DNA of 64,000 nt, taken from contig CM074519.1 in NCBI GenBank assembly GCA_037379345.1, positions 22,284,103 through 22,348,102 of the forward strand. Reading direction: 5' to 3'. The DNA is from Perna viridis. Taxonomy: Eukaryota. This document shows, in pieces, positions 52,001 to 64,000 of the stretch. The position numbers were made by a program, and so were the translations under genes. Below the pieces are notes generated by a model. The model was given only the letters and a program-made list of their open reading frames with translations, was not told the origin of the DNA and ran no database searches. The stretch's first letter is position 1; every line of letters begins with the position of its first letter.

Positions 52001-55000
52001 AAGCCATGCCTTACCATCAAGACAAGCAACAGATTCCTTTATTTTCGAATGTTTAAGAGAAATATTCGATATGTTTGGAAGCGACTTGTCAAATATTACC
52101 CCGTCTGAACATACAACCTTTGAAGGACTCAATGCATGATTATACGCGATGACAGATACAAAGTAACGTCCCTCTCTATTTGGAAATCGTAGTTTCGTAG
52201 AAGTTTGGACTATTTCCTGAACGAAAGTATCATTTTTGAAACCCGGTATCCATTGCTCCAGATCGCTGAGGCATTTTCCACTTAAAGCTACTTTATATAT
52301 TTTTATTCCACTTTCATGATCGACGAAATCGTGCCAGTGGACTGTAATCTCATCATCGCTGGTATAGTCAATGTCTTGAAAACCACTAGGACCTTCCAGA
52401 ACAACCCCACCTTCTGGTGGAGAATCATCAACAAGAATGTCAGTATGGTCAAATGAACGGAGATAAGCGTTGTTCATGGCTTCAAGGGTGAAGAAATATC
52501 TTCTATTATGCAGTCCAATGTGTTTATTTTCGCTTTTCAGTTTCTTTAAGTTTGCACTAAACAACATGCTGCTACAATTACCAATCATGGGACAGTAGAA
52601 TGACGAGGAATTATCAGGATTACCCTACAAAACCAAAAAAGAAAATATATAAAATACTGATGATAAATACCCGTAATTAATAATCAACTATAACGAAATT
52701 GATTTTAAAAGTAAAGACTAATATAATAAGTCATAAAAATTACGAATAACAAAGAATGTTGAGTTTTCAACACTAGTAAAGACTTCAATATTACCTTTTC
52801 TACAAAGACAAACAAACTATATTATATAATAGATATCATATAACTGAAATGTGAATCTTACTTACAACAGACTTGACTCCGATGGCTTTCTCTATAAGAA
52901 CAGTATTGTTTTCATAAGTCCCAAATGTCCATTTCATCTCACGAACGCCACTGTGAACATCGAATGCTTTAAACTCTATTGCCATATCTGATAAGTCTAT
53001 ACTATGATGTACAAAAAGTTGTTTGTATCCGTTCCGTGTTAACCAAATGTCAGATATTTCCGGAACAGAACGGTCAATGTACACGGAAACACTGTCATTT
53101 AGAGTGTGGTTCATTATGTCTTTGGCTTGTAATTGAAATGTAAACTCGTCCCCATCACTCATAGTTGGGTACGTACAGAGAGCTTCCGATGTAAAGTTTT
53201 CTACTCGACCGGAAGTGACGTATATGTCATTTCTAAGTATTGCATAGTAGAATCCATTTAAGCCATTTACATTTACGGTACCATTAATTGGTAGAATACC
53301 AGAAATTTGATCATAAAGACCAATTACATCACTATATGTGTCCGATTTGATTGGATGGAAGGGATTGTTTTTCTTGTAATAATTATTAAAATATCTTTGA
53401 GACCAAGAATAACACAGTTTCTCGTGATTATTTTGCCATTGGTAATTACTTGCATTTGAAGCCGTTTCAACACGCAAATGATGTTGATCATTGACCCCAA
53501 TAGCCGAAGTATTGTCGTACAAAACAAATCTACGGGCATGGTGGACATTGTTAGCATAGTCCGTTACTTCAAGTATCATTGTATACAGCATAGGATTTTT
53601 CGAAGGTAATTCTATTTCAATATTACTCCCGATGGACTCAATACTTATGTTTTCTTTTCCTTTTGATGACTGATCCCTCATAAGAGTTTCAGGACTCGAG
53701 GCTATCACTTCATAAACTTCTATAGCATAACTTTTAATACCAGATGCTAAAAAAGATGCATTAGCGATATTAGGAGGAAGAGGATCTATCCATCCATCAA
53801 TTTTGACATGTACTTTCCTGGAGTTGGTAACCCGTGTGGATAATTTAAGGGGCTCGTATTTACAGCTTCCTTTCTCGGAACAATGCATTGGCGTTGCTCT
53901 GTCATATATATAGCATAATGTTTTGTTTGTTGCATCTGTTTTATCATACGGAATTTTAGTTTCAACATTGTTTACAGTTTTTGAAGTTAAAAATCCCCCT
54001 CCTTTCATACTAAAAGTAACGCAAAGTCTGAAAAAAAAAAATAAATGCACATGTTTTAAATATTCAGAATATCCAACAGTTGTCAAATATGTTCTACTCC
54101 GTGGCTGTGAGTGCTGGCTTCTAAAGAAAGATTTTGAAAATTAAACCAACTTAATTATCAAAGATTTAAAAGGTAATTTCCAGATACTTGCAAAATAAAT
54201 ACAAAGAATAAGTGTGATAAATTTTACTTTCCAAGAGTAAACATCTTTCTTGGTGACAACACACTAACATTCCCTAGTCTACTGAGTATCAGTTCACAGT
54301 TTATCTGTTATTTTTGTGCCTGTAATTTTTTCAAAGACATCCTGGTCGATTGAGGAAACTGCCTGGTAAGCTGCCATTATGAGGGTATTTAAAATCTCTG
54401 CTATTATCACCACTAGAGATGCATTAGGATCGCCATCACAGTTTAATCAATTAATATGATGCTTCTATCTAACAGATGAGATACTCTATTAGATTGCCAA
54501 CTCATTAAACTTGAAACATTCAGGATTTTATCTACTTTCAAAATAAGTGGTGCAGATCGTGGAAAATAACATGCGTACATTTACAGAGTTTGTGGTGTTT
54601 TCGGGTTTATTTGTTTGCTCTCTTCTTTTCAATTGTTTCGTTTATTCTCATTTATGCCAATGCCATTTACTTAGATTTTGATGTTCCAACACACATCAAC
54701 ATAAAAACAACAACAATCGATTATGGTTCCGAAATGGTCAACAAGTAGAAAGGCATGTAAAGTACTTCCTCGCCAGTTGTTTCTACTCAGCCTAAACAAT
54801 TAATGTGTTAATATTGTATTTCATACCTTTCTCCATTTCCAAGTCTTGCATTTGTTGAAACATTCGTACCTCCATTATACCCTTGTTTTATACTCAATGG
54901 ATATTTGTCGCCCATTAACTTCTTGTGTGATAAGAGTACCTTAGACCCTGAAAAATCAAATATTTATATCGGAGTGAATAATAATAAGTTCGTTGTAAAG

Positions 55001-58000
55001 TGAACAACGTAGTAGCAGAATACTAATCCTAAATCAAACCAACTTCTAAGCGCTACGCTCGTAGGTGTTAAGCTGGAAAAAAAAACAAAAAAACAAAAAA
55101 AAAAAAAAACAACAACAAAAAACAAACAAACAAACAAACAAACAAAAAAACAAAGAACTCATAATTCAACAGTCCATCACACTAATTTTTTTTTTTTTAT
55201 TTATTGAAATTTTATGAAAGTCAGATCCGACGGTGATATTAAAATGAAGCCTTAAATTCCAAAACTTTTCGATTATAGACTATATACAACATTTCGACAT
55301 TATTCACATTGACTATTCAACGTGTCGTAGTTTTCCTTTCCTCTTTCGTCTACCCCGGACTTGACTTTTTATGAGCAACTCCGGGGATGTTCGAGAAAAG
55401 CAGAGGACGCTTACCCTAGCGGTGCACCTGGTCCATGCTCCCAGTTTTTAGTGGAGTCCGAGTTGCTCATTTGCTTTAGTTACTTTGTATGTATGATTTT
55501 AGTTACTTTATGTTCTTTGTTGTGTATGTCTGTTTTCCTTGTCTGGTCTTTGTCCCTGGATTGCATTCTTTTGATTACAGCTATAACCTTGGTTCCCTTC
55601 ATTTCTCCTCCACAATCGTCGGAAAACTAACTATTGTTCGTTGTTGTGATTGTCTGTTTTCCATGTCTTATCTTTATCCCCGGAATGCATTTGTATGATT
55701 TCCGCTAGAATCTTGGTTCCTTTGATTACTCTGAACAATAATCAGCCTTATTCTTACCATTCAAGATGAGCTTATGAATACTTATGGAAACTTCAGACAC
55801 TCCAAAGTTCTCATTTGAAACATATCGCGGTCTGTTTTCAATTGTTTTGTTGTTGATAAGTACTTCGTATACACCTCCGATATCAAGTATGAAATGGTGG
55901 ACTTCAAATCTGCCGTAAAAATCATTCTGTAATGAGCATTCAGAAGCGCCATCATGTGATGATGTTTCTGTTCTGTCGCTTGAAATTGCTCTAACCCTAC
56001 AGGTAGTTATATTTGGTGTAGTTATTGCTGAAATATTAAAAAAAATATACTTGTCAGAATACCGTTAACTTATAGTCAAAGACTAAGATCCTAATATGAA
56101 CCACAATTAAATGAAATGTCGTTCAACATCTTTTCTCCTTCAAATTACATTATAGCCGTGCACCGTGTGAACATAGATTGATTTAAAACAGGAATGGAAA
56201 GTTTAATTAATATATGGAGTATGACAATATGGTCAGTTAAAATTGATTAAACAAGTATTGATTGCAAATACAAAAGTACATTCATATTAGTATTGAAAAA
56301 TTCGATATGCTGAGCATGTTATCCAAAGAGTAAAACTGCAGCATTAAAATAAAATACACATAAATATCTAGATATATAAAAAAAAAAAATTAAAAAAAAT
56401 CAATGTGTATTGGAAGAACTCAAAACCAAAAACTGTCGCAAAAGGAAGGAAACTCTATCGCAAAGAGTTTTTGCCATGTACAATGAAAGATATGAAGCCT
56501 CAGTACTCTAGGAAGTTCGAAATTTGTAATGTTGTAAATTTTGATTTATGATATATGATATAATTCGGGGTCAGACAAGTGTGACTGCTGTGTTGGTGAA
56601 TACTAACGGGTACATTTGGGCACACCGGTCGAGAGTAATACCTACTATAAAAGGACCTTTTATACCTGTACACGAATAAGTGATGACCTGGAATGACCTA
56701 CCAATCAATTCAATGAGATACCTAACGATAGTTTATCATATAAACCCTAAATGATTTTGAAATAAAGTGGAATCGGAACTAAAACATAACCGGAAAACTA
56801 GAAAGAGTTTAATCATAATTAACACGTGTTCAAGTGTCAATACAGAAGTAGTTGTGGACAAAAGTAACGCAGTGTAATTGGTCATTTGACAACACGTAAA
56901 AAGGATCAATTGTTTAGCTAAACAATAAGAAGTGTGACATTCTTTAGTATGTCAGAATTCTAGTAGTCTCGACCTGTTTTTAGCAACAAAAATGATGAAC
57001 AACGGAACACTTATTTCATGAAAAAAATTTCATGAAAAAAGAAACCATGGTGTACGACAAAAAGTTGATTAAAAGATTGATGTTCATTACTTTTTTGAAC
57101 AAGTCGTGCATTTGGTGTGCTAATATATTCAATTAGATATAAAAGATAATCAGCTATAGAGGTTATAATTGCCTCTTTATTTAATATTGAAAATGTCTTG
57201 AAATGTTCTTTTTATTTTAAAGATTATTGGAGGTTTTCAGGTGGCAAAAAATAATCTTATTGATAAATGTATCAACAGGTCAAAACAAAATGGATTTTTA
57301 TTCAGAGAGATTGATAAATGTCGTTGTGCATCTACTCCTGAACAATCTTGTTAGTACCATTAGCGTACCTGATTTCATTTGAGTACGTTTTAAAGTGAAA
57401 GTCCGCGATTCTTACAAGTGGGCTTCATTTATAGACTTATAGCAATTGTGCAAATGTATTTTGCTATGCAACGAATCGACGTGTTTCATTTTTACTGAGT
57501 CCCGTCAATTTTATGCTTATGACATAACAAGCAAAACCCCGAAGTACTGAACTATGAAACCCGATAAATAAGTTTTACAATGTAGTACCAATAGGTCGGC
57601 AAATACAAAAGCTCGTAAGCATTCACAAATGAATAAAATTACTACTTAACTTATCAAGTTGGAGTAACACTTTTCATTTGATAAACTTATTTTTCAAGAT
57701 CTAAAAAAAATGTTTCAAAAATATTCTCTGCAAGACTTACAAACGGTTATTTCTTAGTATCACTTCAAGTCCAGTTTTTTTGTCGTTCAACAGTTAACTG
57801 CATTGTATATTGGACCTTTCCAGCCCATGAACAATTTCCTGTTAGTTAATTCAACTACCGGCACGATGAAACATGTCACTTGGAGATTCAATTTTCAATT
57901 TCCGATCTAACAATTAACAAATAATCGACCAATTAATGAATCCCAATCATTATGGTTTTACTTCAATTCGGCTATCGAAAACTTTTGATACTGTATAAAC

Positions 58001-61000
58001 TATCGCGAATACTGCTTGCGAGAATCTGATCTAGCATCGACAATTTGGCCTTGTTCGACACGTTTATGAAAGACAAATAGAAAGACTAAATTGCAGATTT
58101 ACAGTTTCAAAACATTTTACGCGGGAATAATAATGAATACATATTTATACAATAAATGTTTAAACGATTTACCAGATATAAAAATGAATCGCAATTTTTT
58201 TTTTTTACAAAAACTGTCATTTTCGAATATAAGATATCGATTTTGTATGGTATTTAAAATTTAAAAATGAAGGATAGGTACTCCAAAATACCAAGTTTTT
58301 TTTTATAATATATGATTAGTTCGAGCTTATTTGTGTATTACCTGGGACATTAATTTAATTATTAAAAATCAAGTCATATCCTGTCAATAAAAACAAATAT
58401 ACATAATGTGATTGGCCACCTATGTAAAAGCACGGTGACATTATGCTGGAAGTAACTGACACGTCTAATATAGAGCATTAAACGGTTAACTTGAGTTGAG
58501 TGTAGGAAAAATCGTGGAATTACTAAAAGTAAATATTTACGTATAAGATTTAAAGTCTTCGGCAAAAACCTGAGGCAAAACAATAGTTTATATCACAAGG
58601 AATGTAAAAATGGCTAAAATACATAAATAATTGAGTTTAAAAAATGCATGGACATAAACATGATAAGAAACATTAATTTTTCGTCACCGCTGAAAATAAT
58701 AGAAGAGCTCAAACAAACAGCGGTCACAATTAAAGATTATGTTAAGTTAATTACGGCGACATTTGTAGTGTTGTAATCTGACATATCGCCTTTTAACGTG
58801 AAGACTATTTGACTCTTCAAGGTTGAAAAAAAGGTATCTTTAACACGCTTTTTTGTCAAAATTGGAGATTTCTATTAGCAGGAATAAATTGGTTGTTTTT
58901 GAAAACTTAAATAAGTTCTTTGCATTTTCAATTTAAAAAAAAATGCAAACTAAGAGTTTAAGTTTATATTCAAATTTTATGATTAAATTAATATTTTGCT
59001 ACTTTACGTATTTTTCCACATCACGAGGAGAAGGGGATTTAATTATGTGAGATATGTCTACAGTTATTTAAGTTGTACACTATCTTTACAAATTTTGGAC
59101 AGAAAATTGAAAAGCTTATGAATATTGAATTAAAACCTTTGGGGAAACTTACGCTGACACTGTGCAATTGTTCCATTGTATGCTCTTCTGAATCCTGTCA
59201 TACATTTGCAGTTACTAGCATATTCATCGCTCCCACACGTTCCTGGCCAGCACCAACGGTTTAAAGAAGAACAAGCTTCTACAGAGTACAAATATTGATA
59301 AAACCATCAAGTGTTTATTTGTAAATAGTCTACACAATTCTAAATAGATACAGTTTACACCATATAACAAGTCCACATTATACAAACAAGTGGATCTGCT
59401 ATCTAATGATCTAACTTTCATAAATTCTTTCGTTGTTAGATATCAAAACTAGTCTATTCCAATATGTTAACAGACATCGCTATGATATGACATTTTCCAT
59501 TGACATTTGAATTGGTTTGACAAAAATGTGTCCAGTTTTACCAGTAACTTATTTTTAATCCGAGTGAGAGGAATAAGTTATTCAAAAACAATAACAATAC
59601 CGTGAAATCTGTCTTATCCGACCCTTTGGCTTGCAAAATTCATTTGATTTAGAGGGGTGTTTGGTTTGACCAGTATCAAAATGAATCTGAACTGATCTGA
59701 AGAAACAGTTTTTTTTCGGTTTATTCAGTTTGTAGACGGGTTTTACTGTAATTATGATTCAACAAAAAGTAACTATCAAAAAAACCGGGTCCGGCAAATT
59801 AAAGCTAACAAATTACAAGTCTAAGATAGACTTCAATTTTGTATTTCCCAACTCCCAGAGTTATGCAATTGTTAACTGAATGGGGAACTATTTCAGTCTT
59901 ATCAAAAAGTTTAAATTTGGACTTTGATTTTGATTAGATAGTTATAAGATAAGAACAATAAATTATATAAACATGTTCCGAAACTAACCATTTTAATTCA
60001 GGTCATGTATTCATTTTAAAAGACTGCTCTTGGCGAATTGCTTAAAACAATACAATTGCGACTGCACTGAACTTAAATTCAATTTACCATCGCAAAATGG
60101 TCCTGTGAATCCGGTCGTACAATTACATTTATCTGGTTTTACACAGGTTCCTCCGTTGGGGCATGTTGTAAATCCATAGCAAAGTGCTGCAACATAACAT
60201 TGGCGTATTACAGATAAACTTTCTACAACAGTTATGTACCTACTCGTAAAAATGTGTGACATATTTTTTATACTAAATGAAACTTTTCCTTATTGAAATG
60301 TGACGAAAAGCTATAAAATATAAGGAATCAATTTTTTAATGAAATGTCAAACCAGTACTTTTTTGTTCCATTGATTTAAGAGAAGAACTGTATAATTTCA
60401 ATACGGTTATTTTAATTTATATAAAAAAGAATGCATCATATTTCATGTAAAAGCAATTGCAAGAAAAACCATGACGTTTGATCTGATTCTAATGATGATA
60501 TGTTAGTTTTTATAGTTGTAACCAACAAATGTTGACTTTCAGTTAAACAATTACATGTACATATATTTCATAAGCCACTAACTATCGTTAAAGGGGTAGA
60601 CATGAAGTAAGGGGCACGACTCTTACAAATCATTGGTACGTTTGTTTTCAGCATTTTACATCAATCTCATTTAAACATCAAAGTAACTTGGACTGATTTC
60701 ATTCCATTTCAGATGGAAGCTTAATAGGCTTTGATGAAATTTAATATGATACAAACATACCACTGAATTCAAGAGTTATGACCCGTAACCCCTGGTCTAC
60801 CTCCTTAAATAGGGTTTAGCAGGCTATACTATTTTATCAGAGAAAAAACTTACTACCAGACATAAAATCAATATCGATTTTGTCAACTTGGAAACAATAT
60901 TTTTTCATAAATTCCAGTTTCAAGAGTTTAATTCAATATATATAACACTATAAATAAAACTACTACATTACAAATATATTCAAGTATCAAAGATAACAAT

Positions 61001-61827
61001 ATTAAAATAAGCATTGTGTTCAATTTAAAAAAAACAAATTCCTGTTAAACGACAGATTTAAATTTTGACACTTATAGAACGTCACAGCTCTCATTCAAGT
61101 GCACTTAATTTTATCATAATGACACTTCGGGTCTCATTGATATGTATTTAAAATAAATTGTAATCTCCTGTCTACTACAAACCCTAAAAGATTAAGTCAT
61201 TTAATAATCACCTTTTTGTCGTATTCTAGATAAGATACTGCTTGACATACTATATTGTTTGTGCTTAAGCACTTTATTTACATGTATCGGTGATCGAAGG
61301 TCAACTTTTTACAATCTATTTCAATATATAATAAACAATTTTAAAATAATCTCTGCAGATTGGATAGAAAGTAATACCGTTTTATTTGCGATGGATAAAA
61401 CAATGACACAGATAAACATTCCGTAGTACAACAATAATAACATGGGATCTCTGTGAAATGTCTCGATACTTATATGACGGGGGTTTTTACATATTTACGA
61501 AAAGACCAAGCCCATGTGTTGCAAAAATGTCGAAAAACGTCGTACAAAATTTTACTGTAAAATCGGGAAAAACTAGTAAAACGTATCTATGCAATGCAAA
61601 TAAGACATTCATATGTAAATAATGGTGGTCATATGTTTATTATCGTTTCATCACGGTTGTAGTCTAAAAGCCTTTTTAGTACTCTATATTGAAATATATA
61701 TTAAATAAGGAATAAATATTAATTTCTGTTTAGCTTACAAGCAATACCTTGAGAACATCCAGCCCCAGTATAGCCGGGACAACACTTTTGATCCTCACAT
61801 GTTTCTAAGTATGTTTCAAATTTCTTC
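40018..61827 (-). CDS. Very large uncharacterised extracellular-type protein: EMI-like/EGF-like N-terminal modules + many FN3/Ig-like repeats (5' end not found in window)
   Basis: Phase-compatible exons (5'->3'): 61827-61748, 60186-60088, 59278-59153, 56027-55758, 54947-54827, 54027-52866, 52624-51427, 50968-49614, 49440-48777, 48245-48129, 47766-47468, 46811-46704, 46464-46308, 46129-45946, 45589-43986, 43273-42002, 41311-40811, 40283-40018. Total 9,583 nt with no internal stops. Motifs: KCCPGYTGAGC, CPNGGTCVKPDKCNCTTGFTGPFC and a repeated D-x-(T/S)-P-P ... W-x-G-F-x-D-x-(E/H)-S-G-I ... (I/L)-G-(T/S). Confidence 0.9.
40324..40534. mobile_element. Kolobok-like MITE (TTAA target duplication, GG...CC TIRs), intronic
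   Basis: TTAA|GGAGGTAGACCT ... AGATCTACCTCC|TTAA. Confidence 0.75.
48475..48671. mobile_element. Kolobok-like MITE, intronic
   Basis: TTAA|GGAGGTAAAACTAGG ... CCTAGGTCTACCTCC|TTAA. Confidence 0.75.
55320..55732 (+). mobile_element. Penelope-like (Naiad-type) 3' tail with partial duplication, intronic
   Basis: Matches 38050-38285 and the reverse complement of 31592-31865. Other tail pieces are at about 3080-3185, 4840-5090, 20810-20980, 21105-21340 and 39362-39495. Confidence 0.85.
60592..60804. mobile_element. Kolobok-like MITE, intronic
   Basis: TTAA|AGGGGTAGAC ... GGTCTACCTCC|TTAA. Confidence 0.72.
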
Positions 61828-62479
61828 CTGAAAAAATATAGGTATAGAAATATAATGTTATACATTATAAAAATGTCGTATGCTGTATAATAATGATATA
61901 CCTATATCAACCCTTAGACATTGAATAATTTGTTTGCATAATAAATTGTTATACAATGTATTGTTAATATTCTCGAGTGCCTTAAGACTTAATTTATGTA
62001 ATTACAATAAGGCTTTTTTCCTCCTCCTTTGACGTATTGTAAAATTAATTTAAACTAGTGTTCAGGTTCACAATATCTTAATATCAGAATGACGGGAAAT
62101 GAAGAGTAATAACAAAATAACAGAATTGATAGTTGTAAGGAATATCAGTTGGAGACAACCATGGGGGTCCTTGGGTGAAACCACTACTACTACGGTTCAT
62201 TATTTCCAGTAAATTCAAACACGGAAAAGTATCGATAAAATCTTAATATCGGTATTAAATTTAAGGCAGCGTACATGTATGAAAATTATTATCTAGGTCC
62301 AAAGAACAGTGTTTATAGGCATGTTTCGTGTTCATTATTATTTGTTTTACGTAATTGTATAGATCTTCGAAAATTGAAGACCGTGTGGTGCCTTGAAGAA
62401 GTTTAATTGTTCGTTGCGTGGCATTTGGTGGATCTCATTGGGAATCATATCGTATCTCCTCACGAAGGGAGAAAAGACA

Positions 62480-62712
62480 TTTTTTCCGACGTCTTTGAAT
62501 ACTGGTTTAGGTAGATCACCCATGCAGTGTTTGCAAATGTGACGTTGTACCAAAGACCTAACCGCTTCAACCCAATCAGACAGTGAGTTAAGTTCTGGTT
62601 CCTGTTCTTTCTTTGTCTCTATCTATACTTTTGAAGGATCTTCAACTGCGTGTATTATGATTTTAAAGAATAATCAAAGGAACCAAGGTTATAGCGGTAA
62701 TCAAAAGAATGT
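62480..62712 (-). mobile_element. Penelope-like fragment (pre-RT linker + tail piece)
   Basis: AVEDP...EQEPELNSLSDWVEAVRSLVQRHI resembles the segment after DAVEEYARKW in the 9375-9500 copy. A tail motif is at 62670-62710. Confidence 0.55.
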
Positions 62713-62999
62713 TTTTTAAAATTACGTTACCAGTTTACTTGAAGTTCAGGCCGTGAGATATAACCTATCGTAAATTCTCATTTTGAATTATTTTCAGATC
62801 ACCAGTGACAATATGACAAGAGAGATTGTTAACAAAAAGAAAATTTTGAACAGTCACAAGTCAAATAGTTAACGCTGTTTGCTTATAAACAACTTCTTTT
62901 CAAAATTATTATTAATATTAAATTATATATATATATATAACTCTTCTGAATAAAATGGAAATAATGTCAATTTCGTTTACCTTCTGATAAAAGAGTGGG

Positions 63000-63900
63000 C
63001 ATGACAATGTTGATGGAAAATCTTTAAATATATTGATCATGCAAAAGATGTTTACAACCTCGCCAATTGTTATCGATTAAAGGTTATAATAATCATATAC
63101 CACCATGCAATTTGCTGTCATCACATTTTTATACTTGAAGAAAAAATGCCAATTGGGGTGTAAATTCAGAGACGATTTTATATGACAACATGAATGGCTC
63201 TAAATCGTTCTGCTGGAAATGACGTACATGTATTTGGGACATTATGTTTGCAGGTAGGACATTCCGTTGTCAAAACATCAGCGATATTAAAAATAACGGT
63301 GCTATGTCACATTGTAGATGGCTCTATTCGTAATAAGCAATGACTAAAACCACTGCACCAGTAATAAATTAACTGTTCCTAAACACTTTCTACGATTGAT
63401 AACTCAACTTAGTAATTCATCATTCTTTTTAAACTTTGATTTGTATAGCGTCAATTTTATACAAAGTCCGTTGTGTCATTGTGGTCATACATACGAGACT
63501 ATGCATCATTGCTTTTGTATGACCTTTTTATAACAATGCAAGAACCAAACTAATGAGCGATCTACAGTGGGTTCTTGAATTTTTGCAATATCGACCTTTA
63601 TCTACTTGTTTGTCTTGCAGAAAATCAATAGAAAAACGATATCAGGTTATGTTGGACCGTGTATATCCCTTCGTGTAATGCATTAAATTATTCCTTATTG
63701 ATTGAGATGAATTAGTACACATCACATTTTATCACATCAACTAATGCTATATTTTTACTGTCTCGTTTTAACTTTGTAAAGCATAAATAACACTAGTGAA
63801 TTTGTATGCCAATTACTTATTGTAATTATTATTATTTCAGGAGAAGACTTCATAAGTATGTTATTTTACTTTTGCCTGATCCATTTTGGTTATTACAAAA
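63000..63900 (+). mobile_element. Highly degenerate CR1/L2-like LINE 3' remnant
   Basis: Frame at about 63402-63525 reads TQLSNSSFFLNFDLYSVNFIQSPLCHCGHTYETMHHCF, resembling the C-terminal SPxCxCG...E...H zinc-knuckle region of non-LTR ORF2. Boundaries are approximate. Confidence 0.5.
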
Positions 63901-64000
63901 AAAATATGTTTAAACTAAACTAACACCATACAGATTTATTCACTTCGAAATAAAAAACGCTTTTTACTATATTTCATTTTTATAGTCTCGAAATTGTATA

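Noticed and set aside
42139-54144. Many plus-strand and alternate-frame ORFs overlapping the giant gene
   Set aside because: Antisense or off-frame shadows of long coding exons, with no independent splice or motif support.
62980-63040. Candidate upstream exon of the giant gene (minus-strand donor AG|GTAAAC near 62980)
   Set aside because: The phase fits, but the peptide has no signal-peptide or EMI features and overlaps the LINE-like remnant. The true 5' exons are probably outside the window.

Overview
AT-rich eukaryotic genomic DNA with spliceosomal introns and three N-gaps. The repeat families suggest a bivalve mollusc (inference). I reconstructed three host genes by hand from splice sites, and the ORF track misses most of their exons. 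(1-2) Two tandem paralogous 5-exon genes (+ strand, 7153-15199 and 27465-31474) encode small secreted proteins of 111 and 115 aa. Each joins a signal peptide, an atypical 10-cysteine WAP-like domain and a pacifastin/VWC-like domain, and the two differ at the predicted reactive site (CTLMGC vs CTYVGC). (3) A very large minus-strand gene (at least 18 exons, 40018-61827, about 3,190 codons in the window, 5' end not found) has EMI-like/EGF-like N-terminal modules, roughly 15-18 FN3/Ig-like repeats and one GC-AG intron. Decayed copies of two of its EGF exons lie between the two inhibitor genes, which implies an old tandem duplication of the two-gene module. There is also a frameshifted C-type lectin exon. 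Mobile DNA includes a decayed DIRS1-type retrotransposon with intact terminal architecture (ITRs + ICR; its empty site survives in the paralogous region), many Penelope-like fragments (Naiad-type and a C-terminal GIY-YIG type with a hammerhead-like motif), Helentron-type HINEs, TTAA-flanked Kolobok-like MITEs, a tRNA-headed repeat and a CR1-like remnant.
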